From assembly GCA_965216315.1 (NCBI GenBank), contig CBDCFN010000016.1, positions 416,001-480,000 on the forward strand: a DNA stretch of 64,000 nucleotides. Reading direction: 5' to 3'. The notes under the pieces were generated by a model, which searched no databases, was not told the DNA's origin, and saw only the letters and a list, made by a program, of their open reading frames with translations. Positions 31,049-40,222 of this stretch are shown here, piece after piece; positions within the stretch are counted from its first letter, which is position 1, and each line of letters begins with the position of its first letter. The stretch comes from a bacterium (lineage in GTDB: Bacteria; UBA10199; 2-02-FULL-50-16; JAJFLM01). A program made the position numbers and the translations under genes.

Positions 31049-32488
31049 TTAGTTGCATATTAATAGAAAAGGACCAGCTCCAGTGAGGGCCTCACGCGCA
31101 CAAGTCTCATTGACGATTTCCTGAGCAGTCAGGGCACGATTGTAGACCGTGACATCATCTATGATTCCATCGAAATTATAGAGAGAAGCTGAAGGCATCC
31201 CAGTTGTATCGATGGAGCCACCAATCCGCGTCGGGGCGGGATTGAGAGTCGTGCCCGCCAACGCATCGGATACAACCATAACCGTCTCTTCAGTTCCATC
31301 GACAAAAAGTTTAGCTCCACTAGCCATCGTGGATCCATCATAGGTGACGGCCACATGATGGGGAGTCCCCGGGGAATTAAAGAGAGTCGTCGAATCAATG
31401 CGGAGTCGGTTGCCCGTACTGCTGTCACTCACCAAGAAGAGATCGAGGGTGTCAGTAGAACTAAAGCCAAACCAATAACCTCGTTGCAAGACGGGATCGG
31501 TATAGTCGGCCCGTGCAAAGATAGTATGGTCGGAGCCAACAGCCTGGCGGTTGGTCCAGGCGGAGATAGTAAAGGGGCTCGAAGCATCGAAATTCAAGAT
31601 GTCACCGAGTTCAACGAAATCGTCAGTGCCATCGAAGGTCAAGGCTCCCCCGATAAAGCCCGGGACCCAGGCAGATGCGAGATCGAAATTAGTCAGGACT
31701 CCATTGTTGCCTGCACTGCTGGAATCAGTAGCGGAACTGCCAGCGCCGTTGTCCATACGCCACCAGCCGAGTAAGGAATTGTCGGTGGAGAAGGAGCGCA
31801 CGGGACTGTAGTCCGTACAGTCGGTTCCGCCCGCATCGTAACAGGTCTGGACCTTCCAAAAATAACTTTGCGATGGGGTTAAAGGATCGATGACACGGAA
31901 GCGATTGGTGTCGATGGTTTCATTGGGGCACTCGTCGGCATCATCGATATCGGCCAGCCCGACCGCGGTGTAGCAGGAACGATACCAGGTGGAGTTGCCT
32001 CCCGGAATGACGCCGTCTTGCCAGGACATAAAGGCGCGTGCGGGTGGCAATGTCTGTCCATCGGTGGGGAGCGATTGAGTTGGGATGTGGTCGGAGGGAT
32101 AACCGGCTCCACTATCATCATTGGCATCGGAGCTGGCGTCGACGATTGGGCCACCATCAGGGCCCCCGTCGCCAGGACCAATAGTGCCATCACGTGCACC
32201 GACATATGAGTCATTAAATGAACATCCAGCCAAAAGACATAAGATCGTGCTAAGAATAAGACTCTCTAATAGCGATGAAGAGGCGCTTTCTTTAATTGTT
32301 GTAGGATCATGAATAGCTGGCTTTTTAATATGCCTCTGTGGCCGAATATTTGCTGTGGATCCAATTAATTTGGATTCTTGTATTGAGAGCGATGTAAAGG
32401 TTTTCTGCGTTTGCAGAGGAGTACTGCAAAGAACAGTTTGTGATAACAACGATGATGATATACCGCTAATAATGTTCATAAGGCGCAA
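31049..32488 (-). CDS. LamG domain lipoprotein, paralog 3
   Basis: Long leader, lipobox LAGC (Cys89), same architecture. Start is TTG 32488 or ATG 32479. Confidence 0.8.
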   Translation of the reverse strand: MRLMNIISGISSSLLSQTVLCSTPLQTQKTFTSLSIQESKLIGSTANIRPQRHIKKPAIHDPTTIKESASSSLLESLILSTILCLLAGCSFNDSYVGARDGTIGPGDGGPDGGPIVDASSDANDDSGAGYPSDHIPTQSLPTDGQTLPPARAFMSWQDGVIPGGNSTWYRSCYTAVGLADIDDADECPNETIDTNRFRVIDPLTPSQSYFWKVQTCYDAGGTDCTDYSPVRSFSTDNSLLGWWRMDNGAGSSATDSSSAGNNGVLTNFDLASAWVPGFIGGALTFDGTDDFVELGDILNFDASSPFTISAWTNRQAVGSDHTIFARADYTDPVLQRGYWFGFSSTDTLDLFLVSDSSTGNRLRIDSTTLFNSPGTPHHVAVTYDGSTMASGAKLFVDGTEETVMVVSDALAGTTLNPAPTRIGGSIDTTGMPSASLYNFDGIIDDVTVYNRALTAQEIVNETCAREALTGAGPFLLICN

Positions 32489-32541
32489 CCGCTAACATTA
32501 AAGATAGTCAGGCTATCCAGCAGTATCGCACCTGAATCTAG

Positions 32542-32567
32542 CATCGTATTTCATTACAAAAAGTTGT
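32542..32567 (-). promoter_or_regulatory. Shared bipartite promoter-like motif (paralog 3)
   Basis: ACAAC TTTTT gtaatgaaat ACGATG. Confidence 0.65.
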
Positions 32568-32664
32568 GCAAAACTTCATGAGCTGCTGCGATAGGGCTAT
32601 AACTTACTGTTATTATTTCTTTTATAGGAGTACTTTTTTATGGCTGGTAGGCGGTTAGGGCAGG

Positions 32665-33888
32665 CTAATTGCAAATAGGACTCAATGCTGACATATCATT
32701 GGTTTCTTGTCGATTGAGAGCCTCGCGGGCGCAGGTTTCATTGACGATTTCCTGAGCAGTCAGGGAACGATTATAAACCGTGACATCATCAATAATTCCC
32801 TCAAAATTATAGAGAGATGCCAGCGGCATCCCAGCTATATCGATAGAACCTCCAATTCGTGCCGGAGCCGGATTGAGAGTTGTGCCCGCCAACGCATCGG
32901 ATACAAACGTTACGGCGTCTTCAACTCCATCGACAAAAAGTTTAGCGCCAGCGGCCATCGTGGACCCATTATAAGTGACGGCCACATGATGGGCAGTATT
33001 CGGGGCATTAAAGAGAGTCGTCGAATCGATGCGGAGCCGATCACCGGTGCTGCTGTCACTAACTAAGAAGAAGTTGAGGGTGTCAGTAGAGCTAAAGCCA
33101 AACCAATAACCCCGTTGAAGGGTTGGGTCGGTATAATCAGCCCGTGCAAAGATAGTATGATCGGCGCCCACGGACTGGCGGTTTGCCCAAGCCGAGATGG
33201 TAAAAGAGTTTGTGGCGTCAAAATTCAAAATATCACCGAGTTCAACGAAGTCATTAGTGCCATCGAAGCTGAGGGCGCCTCCGACAAGGCCCGGGACCCA
33301 GGCGGTTGAGGTATCAAAATTAGTCAGGATTCCATTATTTCCGGCACTGCTGGAATCTGTGGCTGTGCTGCCGGTGCCATCGTCCATGCGCCACCAGCCA
33401 AGAAGTGAATCGTCAGTAGAATAAAAACGAATGGCACTATATTCGGAGACTGTATCGTCATTGTATCTTGTGCGAACCTTCCAGTGATAAGTTGTATTTG
33501 GAGTAAGTAGGGGAGTGACATCATAAGCTGTTGCGACCAATTTGCTTCCAGGGCAAGCAGCGCCTTGAATGGAGGTAAGTCCTTCCGTCGTTTGGCATAT
33601 TTCGAAGCTGCTAATGATCTTGTCCGCCGGAACATTAACTGCTTGCCAAGATTGGAAGGAACGCGTCGGAGGAAGCAGCGAACCGTCGGGTGGGAATGTG
33701 AGCGATGGAATACCACTCCCAACGGCGATGCCACCGACTCCTCCTGAGCCGGTCATTCCACCGAGCTGCCCGTCAGAATACTCATCTAGGCCGAGAATCT
33801 CACTACAGCTGGTTGCGCTTAGCCCTAAGCCGAATACGAGGAGTGCTCGACCAGCTGTTGAATTAATACTTGTACCAATTAGAGTCAT
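32665..33888 (-). CDS. LamG domain lipoprotein, paralog 4
   Basis: Short signal with ATSC (Cys28), Gly-rich linker, same architecture. Confidence 0.8.
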   Translation of the reverse strand: MTLIGTSINSTAGRALLVFGLGLSATSCSEILGLDEYSDGQLGGMTGSGGVGGIAVGSGIPSLTFPPDGSLLPPTRSFQSWQAVNVPADKIISSFEICQTTEGLTSIQGAACPGSKLVATAYDVTPLLTPNTTYHWKVRTRYNDDTVSEYSAIRFYSTDDSLLGWWRMDDGTGSTATDSSSAGNNGILTNFDTSTAWVPGLVGGALSFDGTNDFVELGDILNFDATNSFTISAWANRQSVGADHTIFARADYTDPTLQRGYWFGFSSTDTLNFFLVSDSSTGDRLRIDSTTLFNAPNTAHHVAVTYNGSTMAAGAKLFVDGVEDAVTFVSDALAGTTLNPAPARIGGSIDIAGMPLASLYNFEGIIDDVTVYNRSLTAQEIVNETCAREALNRQETNDMSALSPICN

Positions 33889-33890
33889 AC

Positions 33891-35165
33891 CTAATTACAA
33901 ATTGAAGGCAAGGCAGACATGTCATTAGTTTCCTGTCGATTAACGGCCTCGCGCGCACAGGTCTCATTGACGATCTCTTGAGCAGTCAGGGCACGGTTGT
34001 AAACCGTGACATCATCTATGATTCCATCGAAATTATAGAGGGAGGCTGAAGGCATGCCAGTGACATCAACCGATCCACCAATCCGCGCCGGAGCGGGATT
34101 GAGAGTCGTGCCCGCCAACGCATCGGATACAACCGTAACCGTCTCTTCAGTCCCATCCACGAAAAGTTTGGCTCCACTAGCCATCGTGGAGCCGTCATAG
34201 GTCACGGCCACATGATGGGGAGTATTCGGGGTATTAAAGAGAGTCGTCGAATCGATGCGGAGTCGGTTGCCCGTACTGCTGTCACTAACCAAGAAGAGGT
34301 CGAGGGTGTCAGTAGAACTAAAGCCAAACCAATAACCTCGTTGCAGGACGGGATCCGTATAATCAGCCCGTGCAAAGATGGTGTGGTCGGAGCCCGCAGC
34401 CTGGCGGTTGGTCCACGCGGAAATAGTAAAAGGGCTCGAAGCATCAAAGTTCAAGATGTCACCGAGCTCAACGAAGTCGTCAGTGCCATCGAAGGTCAAG
34501 GCCCCGCTGACCAAGCCCGGGACCCAGGCGGTTGAGGTATCAAAATTAGTCAGGGTGCCGTTATTGCCCGCACTGCTGGAATCACTGGCTGTGCTGCCGG
34601 AACCTTCATTGAAGCGCCACCAGCCGAGTAAGGAATTGTCGGTGGAGAAGGAGTGCACGGGGCTGTAGTCCGTACAGTCGGTTCCGCCCGCATCGTAACA
34701 GGTCTGGACCTTCCAAAAATAACTTTGCGATGGGGTTAAAGGATCGATAATACGAAAAAGGTTGGTATCGATCAATTCATTCGGACAGTTCGCGGCGTTT
34801 GAGATAGCGGCTATATTAGCCGCATGGCAGGAACGATACCAGGTGGAATTGCCCTCAGGAACGACACCATCTTGCCAGGATATAAACGCACGCGCAGGCG
34901 GCAATGATTGTTTGTCAGCCGGTTGTGATTGAAGTGGGATGTGATCGGCAGGATAACTGTTGTCGATGGTTCCGCCACTGCCGCCCATTCCGGCTGTTCC
35001 GCCCGTCGTTATCATGCCACCGGTTCCACCGGTAGAGCTCCCTGGAGGATCGCCAATTTTGTCCCGGTCGACTTCAGTTAGGAATGAGCAGCTTGCGACG
35101 CCCATACTGAATCCCAGCGCGAGTGCAAGTCGAGAGCTGGTTGCAGATGCCATGAATCCGTTCAT
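33891..35165 (-). CDS. LamG domain lipoprotein, paralog 5
   Basis: Short signal with VASC (Cys26), Gly/Thr linker. AAGGAG SD. Confidence 0.8.
   Translation of the reverse strand: MNGFMASATSSRLALALGFSMGVASCSFLTEVDRDKIGDPPGSSTGGTGGMITTGGTAGMGGSGGTIDNSYPADHIPLQSQPADKQSLPPARAFISWQDGVVPEGNSTWYRSCHAANIAAISNAANCPNELIDTNLFRIIDPLTPSQSYFWKVQTCYDAGGTDCTDYSPVHSFSTDNSLLGWWRFNEGSGSTASDSSSAGNNGTLTNFDTSTAWVPGLVSGALTFDGTDDFVELGDILNFDASSPFTISAWTNRQAAGSDHTIFARADYTDPVLQRGYWFGFSSTDTLDLFLVSDSSTGNRLRIDSTTLFNTPNTPHHVAVTYDGSTMASGAKLFVDGTEETVTVVSDALAGTTLNPAPARIGGSVDVTGMPSASLYNFDGIIDDVTVYNRALTAQEIVNETCAREAVNRQETNDMSALPSICN
33946..34748. repeat. About 800-bp near-identical direct repeat, copy A (within paralog 5)
   Basis: Matches 35312-36114 (offset 1366) with only a handful of substitutions seen by eye. 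Confidence 0.9.
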
Positions 35166-35193
35166 ATAATATATCTCCTTCTCCAGTGTGTGG

Positions 35194-35219
35194 TGTCGAC
35201 TAGAGGCAAGAATTGTTGT
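35194..35219 (-). promoter_or_regulatory. Shared bipartite promoter-like motif (paralogs 5-4)
   Basis: ACAAC AATTC ttgcctctag TCGACA. Confidence 0.5.
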
Positions 35220-35271
35220 GGAACCGAAATAAAATTCGTTTACTGGAGTAAACAGCTAAAAGGTGCTTATG

Positions 35272-37032
35272 CTATTGACAGGGACTTGGGAGCGGATCCG
35301 AACTCGCAAGAGCCTCGCGCGCACAGGTCTCATTGACGATCTCTTGAGCAGTCAGGGCACGGTTGTAAACCGTGACATCATCTATGATTCCATCGAAATT
35401 ATAGAGGGAGGCTGAAGGCATGCCAGTGACATCAACCGATCCACCAATCCGCGCTGGGGCGGGATTGAGAGTCGTGCCCGCCAACGCATCGGATACAACC
35501 GTAACCGTCTCTTCAGTCCCATCCACAAAAAGTTTAGCTCCACTAGCCATCGTGGAGCCGTCATAGGTCACGGCCACATGATGGGGAGTATTCGGGGTAT
35601 TAAAGAGAGTCGTCGAATCGATGCGGAGTCGGTTGCCCGTACTGCTGTCACTAACCAAGAAGAGGTCGAGGGTGTCAGTAGAACTAAAGCCAAACCAATA
35701 ACCTCGTTGCAGGACGGGATCCGTATAATCAGCCCGTGCAAAGATGGTGTGGTCGGAGCCCGCAGCCTGGCGGTTGGTCCACGCGGAAATAGTAAAAGGG
35801 CTCGAAGCATCAAAGTTCAAGATGTCACCGAGCTCAACGAAGTCGTCAGTGCCATCGAAGGTCAAGGCCCCGCTGACCAAGCCCGGGACCCAGGCGGTTG
35901 AGGTATCAAAATTAGTCAGGGTGCCGTTATTGCCCGCACTGCTGGAATCACTGGCTGTGCTGCCGGAACCTTCATTGAAGCGCCACCAGCCGAGTAAGGA
36001 ATTGTCGGTGGAGAAGGAGTGCACGGGGCTGTAGTCCGTACAGTCGGTTCCGCCCGCATCGTAACAGGTCTGGACCTTCCAAAAATAACTTTGCGATGGG
36101 GTTAAAGGATCGATGACACGGAAGCGATTGGTGTCGATGGTTTCATTGGGGCACTCGTCGGCATCATCGATATCGGCCAGCCCGACCGCGGTGTAACAGG
36201 AACGATACCAGGTGGAGTTGCCTCCTGGAATGACGCCGTCCTGCCAGGACGTAAAGGCGCGCGCGGGTGGCAATGTCTGTCCATCGGTGGGGAGCGATTG
36301 AGTTGGGATGTGGTCGGACGGATAAACAGTTCCAGCATCAGTCATGTCGGCCACATCGTCCGGTCCGTCATCTGTATCAGTATCAAGGACAGCGTCGGGA
36401 GAGGTATCAATTGTTCCATCAGAACTGTCTGTATCAGCCAGGCTGTCACTCGTATTTATGTCAGAAATATCCGCAGATGTATCGGTGATTACATCTGCAT
36501 CGTTTTCATTTATGTCAGGTATGTCAAATTCTACATCTACATCTTGAGGGACGTCTATTAAAGCTATGTCTGTGTCGGCATCTTCGACGCGAGAATCTTG
36601 GATATCTCTTTCCACATCATTAATCGTGTCATCCTCTGCATCTGGAATGAAAAGGTCAGGTAGGGGGGCGTCACCGCCAATCCCGCTATCGAGGAGATCA
36701 GGGTCCAAAGATTCTCCGTCAATTTGGTCAAACCGGCTCAAGTCACCATCAAATTGGCAGCCTGCACTGAAGATTAGGAGTCCTGCGGTAATGCCAAGTA
36801 AACGCTTTGCGAGACTATAGGACCTCTTCGGAGTTTCGACAGTTGATGCAGGGAATCCCGTTCTTTCAGTGAACTGAAAAGTCTGATTACTCTCTGTCGT
36901 AATTGGAATAAAACGAGTCTCATTTGCCTGTTGATGAGTGGGTAGTGTTGCTAAGGTACCAGTTTGTAATGAATTGCTGAGTGCAAGTGACGTTAATGTA
37001 GATGATGTGTTAGATAAGGATATGAAACTCAT
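35272..37032 (-). CDS. LamG domain lipoprotein, paralog 6 (long Asp-rich linker)
   Basis: Start moved to ATG 37032: it has a GGAG SD, and the shared promoter-like motif falls inside the longer ORF call. Lipobox SAGC (Cys92). Confidence 0.8.
   Translation of the reverse strand: MSFISLSNTSSTLTSLALSNSLQTGTLATLPTHQQANETRFIPITTESNQTFQFTERTGFPASTVETPKRSYSLAKRLLGITAGLLIFSAGCQFDGDLSRFDQIDGESLDPDLLDSGIGGDAPLPDLFIPDAEDDTINDVERDIQDSRVEDADTDIALIDVPQDVDVEFDIPDINENDADVITDTSADISDINTSDSLADTDSSDGTIDTSPDAVLDTDTDDGPDDVADMTDAGTVYPSDHIPTQSLPTDGQTLPPARAFTSWQDGVIPGGNSTWYRSCYTAVGLADIDDADECPNETIDTNRFRVIDPLTPSQSYFWKVQTCYDAGGTDCTDYSPVHSFSTDNSLLGWWRFNEGSGSTASDSSSAGNNGTLTNFDTSTAWVPGLVSGALTFDGTDDFVELGDILNFDASSPFTISAWTNRQAAGSDHTIFARADYTDPVLQRGYWFGFSSTDTLDLFLVSDSSTGNRLRIDSTTLFNTPNTPHHVAVTYDGSTMASGAKLFVDGTEETVTVVSDALAGTTLNPAPARIGGSVDVTGMPSASLYNFDGIIDDVTVYNRALTAQEIVNETCAREALASSDPLPSPCQ
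35312..36114. repeat. About 800-bp near-identical direct repeat, copy B (within paralog 6)
   Basis: Matches 33946-34748. Confidence 0.9.
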
Positions 37033-37082
37033 TTTTTTCTCCGCAATACGTATATAGTAATACCGTTCATATTGCGCGAAAG

Positions 37083-37108
37083 AATCGTATTGTTGGATGG
37101 AAAGTTGC
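37083..37108 (-). promoter_or_regulatory. Shared bipartite promoter-like motif (paralog 6)
   Basis: GCAAC TTTCC atccaacaat ACGATT. Confidence 0.6.
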
Positions 37109-37197
37109 GGAAAAACAAGGTTAGGTGTCAAATAAACTTAACACTTGAATACAAAAGATAGCGATATCTTTAAAGAGAGTGCTACATCACTCAAATA

Positions 37198-38643
37198 TCA
37201 ATTGCATATTGACGGTAAGGGATCAGAGCCAGCGAGAGCTTCGCGCGCGCAAGTCTCATTGACGATTTCCCGAGCAGTGAGGGCTCGATTATAGATCACG
37301 AGATCATCAAGAACTCCATCAAAGCTATAGAGAGAAGCTAAGGGCATTCCACTTGGATCAATAGAGCCACCAATCCGTGCCGAAGCGGAATTGAGGGTCG
37401 TGCCTGTTAATGCATCGGTGACTACAGTGGAGGTTTCTTCAGTTCCGTCGACAAAGAGCCTTGCCCCTGCAGCCATAGTTGAGCCGTCATAGGTGACGGC
37501 AACATGATGAGGAGCGCTGGGGGTATCGAAGACAGTTGTTGAATCAATACGAATCCGGTTTCCGGTACTGCTATCGCTGACGAAGAAGAGATCAAGCGTA
37601 TCAGAAGAGCTGAATCCAAACCAATAACCACGTTGTAGGGCTGGATCCGTATAATCCGCCCTGGCAAAAATAGTATGATCAGACCCAACGGATTGACGGT
37701 TAGTCCAGGCGGAGATTGTATAGGGGGTCGTTGAATCGAAATTTAAAGTATCACCGAGCTCTACAAAGTCATTCGTACCATCAAAGTTTAAGGCCCCACC
37801 AATAAAACCCGGAACCCAGGCGGAAGCGATATCAAAATTAGTCAGGGTGCCGTTATTGTCAGCACCGCTGGAATCACTAGCCGTCATTCCGGAACCTTCA
37901 TTGAAGGTATAGCGTGCAAGCAAGGAGCTATCTGTGTTGACCATGCGCAGGGCACTGCCCATGGAGCGCGAACCATCATCGTATAAAGCTCTTACCTTGA
38001 CATGATAGGTAGAGCTTGGATTTGTAATATTAATTGCACCGAATGGAGACGTTACAGTGTTGCTCTGTGGGCATTCAGTAGAATCATCGATAGATGTAGT
38101 CCCAGTTGTTGTATAGCAAATCTCGTATCCTGCAATAGATCTGCCCGGAGGGAGTGTAGCCGCTGGATCCCAGCGGATAAAAATACGGTTGTTGGGCAAA
38201 GAGATATCTGTTGCAGGAATCGTAATCGTCGAATTGTCGTCAATGACTGGACCACTGTCACCGGCATCATTGGTGCTTCCATCTATATCGGCATCCGGGC
38301 TTGCATCGGGAATGGGTCCTCCATCGGGGCCCCCGTCACCTCCACCATCGATAGTGACACCACGGCCTCTTCCATCTAATAAGCAACCACTGCCAAATAA
38401 ACTGAGCACGCCTCCGATAATGAAAGTCGGTAACACTAAAGCGGCATGGCGAAGTCTGCGCTGGTTTGTTTCGTTGAGTAAGCGCGTCAGTGTCGAATTT
38501 TGCGTCACGGATTCGAGTAGAGGTTGAGCCAAATGGTTCGTGTTCGTTGTACTCGGAAGGCTTGGGGGCAGCTGCTGTAAAGAACTCGCCAGGACGGGCC
38601 GAGCCGACAGTAGGAATGGTGTCATCGGATTGATTAGACGCAT
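37198..38643 (-). CDS. LamG domain lipoprotein, paralog 7
   Basis: GGAG SD, long leader, GSGC (Cys87), divergent FN3-like domain, LamG. Confidence 0.8.
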   Translation of the reverse strand: MRLINPMTPFLLSARPVLASSLQQLPPSLPSTTNTNHLAQPLLESVTQNSTLTRLLNETNQRRLRHAALVLPTFIIGGVLSLFGSGCLLDGRGRGVTIDGGGDGGPDGGPIPDASPDADIDGSTNDAGDSGPVIDDNSTITIPATDISLPNNRIFIRWDPAATLPPGRSIAGYEICYTTTGTTSIDDSTECPQSNTVTSPFGAINITNPSSTYHVKVRALYDDGSRSMGSALRMVNTDSSLLARYTFNEGSGMTASDSSGADNNGTLTNFDIASAWVPGFIGGALNFDGTNDFVELGDTLNFDSTTPYTISAWTNRQSVGSDHTIFARADYTDPALQRGYWFGFSSSDTLDLFFVSDSSTGNRIRIDSTTVFDTPSAPHHVAVTYDGSTMAAGARLFVDGTEETSTVVTDALTGTTLNSASARIGGSIDPSGMPLASLYSFDGVLDDLVIYNRALTAREIVNETCAREALAGSDPLPSICN

Positions 38644-38666
38644 GGTTTCTCCAAATTACTCAAGCA

Positions 38667-40124
38667 TCAGTTGCATATAGATGGTAGAGAGCCGGATCCA
38701 GCAAGAGCCTCACGCGCACAAGTCTCATTAGAGATTTCCTGAACAGTCAGGGCCCGATTATAAACAGCGATATCATCAATGATCCCCTCAAAATTATAGA
38801 GAGATGCCAGTGGCATCCCCGCTGTATCGATAGAACCTCCAATCCGTGCCGGGGCGGGATTGAGAGTCGTGCCCGCCAACGCATCGGATACAACCGTAAC
38901 CGTCTCTTCAGTTCCATCCACAAAAAGTTTAGCTCCACTAGCCATCGTGGAGCCGTCATAGGTCACGGCCACATGATGGGGAGTACTAGGTGTGTTAAAG
39001 ACAGTTGTAGAATCGATGCGGAGTCGGTTACCCGTACTGCTGTCACTCACCAAAAAGAGGTTGAGGGTGTCAGTAGAGCTAAAGCCAAACCAATAACCTC
39101 GTTGCAGGACGGGATCCGTATAATCGGCCCGTGCAAAGATAGTATGGTCAGCGCCGACCGACTGGCGGTTGGTCCAAGCCGAGATGGTAAAGGGGGTGGC
39201 TGAGTCAAAATTTAAGATATCACCGAGTTCCACAAAGTCATTGGCACCGTCAAAACTTAGGCCTCCGCCGACAAGGCCTGGATTCCAGGCGGTTGAGGTA
39301 TCAAAATTAGTCAGGGTGCCGTTATTGCCCGCACTGCTGGAATCACTGGCTGTGCTGCCGGAACCTTCATTGAAGCGCCACCAACCGAGCAGAGAATTAT
39401 CAGTCGAGAAGGAACGCACGGGGCTGTAGTCCGTACAGTCGGTTCCGCCCGCATCGTAACAGGTCTGGACCTTCCAGAAATGACTCTGAGCCGGGCTTAA
39501 GGGGTCAATCACGCGGAAACGATTGGTGTCGATGGTCTCATTGGGGCACTCGGTAGTGTCATCGACATCGGTCATGGCCGTGGCATGACAGGAGCGATAC
39601 CAGGTAGAGGCGCCACCTGGGATGACGCCGTCTTGCCATGACATGAAGGCGCGCGTGGGCGCGAGGAGTTGTCCGTCAGCCGGCAACGATTGCGTCGGGA
39701 TGTGATCGGATGGATAACCGGTACCACCGTCTTCGGCATCGCCGGCGTCACCCGGACCGCCATCCATATCGGCATCCGGACTTGCATCGAGGATGGGGCC
39801 TCCATCGGGGCCGCCATCACCACCATCAGGTCGCGGCGGAGCGGTGCCGCTTCGGTCTAAGAAGCAGCCACTACCGAACAGGGCGAGCAGGCCCCCAATC
39901 ACAAAAGCGGGTATGGCTAAGGCAGAGCGGCGGAGCCGCTGCCGGCTTGGCTCACTGAATAAACGCGTCAGCCCAGAATCCGGAGAAACGGGCTCTAGAG
40001 ATATTTGGGTTGGCGCCGAAATGTCAGCTTGAGTCTGGAGGCCAGTTGGCGCTGGTGATACAGAACTCGCTAAGATGGGCTGAGCCGATAGCAGAAAAGA
40101 CGTTGTCTGACTTATTAGGTGCAT
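38667..40124 (-). CDS. LamG domain lipoprotein, paralog 8
   Basis: GGAG SD, long leader homologous to paralog 7, GSGC (Cys87), FN3-like plus LamG. Confidence 0.8.
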   Translation of the reverse strand: MHLISQTTSFLLSAQPILASSVSPAPTGLQTQADISAPTQISLEPVSPDSGLTRLFSEPSRQRLRRSALAIPAFVIGGLLALFGSGCFLDRSGTAPPRPDGGDGGPDGGPILDASPDADMDGGPGDAGDAEDGGTGYPSDHIPTQSLPADGQLLAPTRAFMSWQDGVIPGGASTWYRSCHATAMTDVDDTTECPNETIDTNRFRVIDPLSPAQSHFWKVQTCYDAGGTDCTDYSPVRSFSTDNSLLGWWRFNEGSGSTASDSSSAGNNGTLTNFDTSTAWNPGLVGGGLSFDGANDFVELGDILNFDSATPFTISAWTNRQSVGADHTIFARADYTDPVLQRGYWFGFSSTDTLNLFLVSDSSTGNRLRIDSTTVFNTPSTPHHVAVTYDGSTMASGAKLFVDGTEETVTVVSDALAGTTLNPAPARIGGSIDTAGMPLASLYNFEGIIDDIAVYNRALTVQEISNETCAREALAGSGSLPSICN

Positions 40125-40173
40125 GGGTTCTCCAATTCACTCAATTAGTCGCACCTAATTAAGTCTACCCATT

Positions 40174-40199
40174 CATCGCTCATCCCGGTAAAAAGTTGT
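40174..40199 (-). promoter_or_regulatory. Shared bipartite promoter-like motif (paralogs 8-7)
   Basis: ACAAC TTTTT accgggatga GCGATG. Confidence 0.65.
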
Positions 40200-40222
40200 G
40201 CCTTTTTGGATTGGCGCCTAAC

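Noticed and set aside
37033..37131. 33-codon N-terminal extension of paralog 6 in the ORF track
   Set aside because: It starts at a TTG with no clear SD and overlaps the promoter-like motif. ATG 37032 has a GGAG SD.
31355..39429. Repeated + strand ORFs (MMGS.RGIKESRR..., MV..EIVKG...) and alternate-frame minus ORFs
   Set aside because: Shadow frames of the duplicated LamG genes. They recur only because the underlying DNA is repeated.
28170..40124. Diversity-generating retroelement or CRISPR as the source of the repeats
   Set aside because: No reverse transcriptase, no non-coding template repeat, no short spacer-separated repeats and no cas genes. The repeats are coding paralogy.
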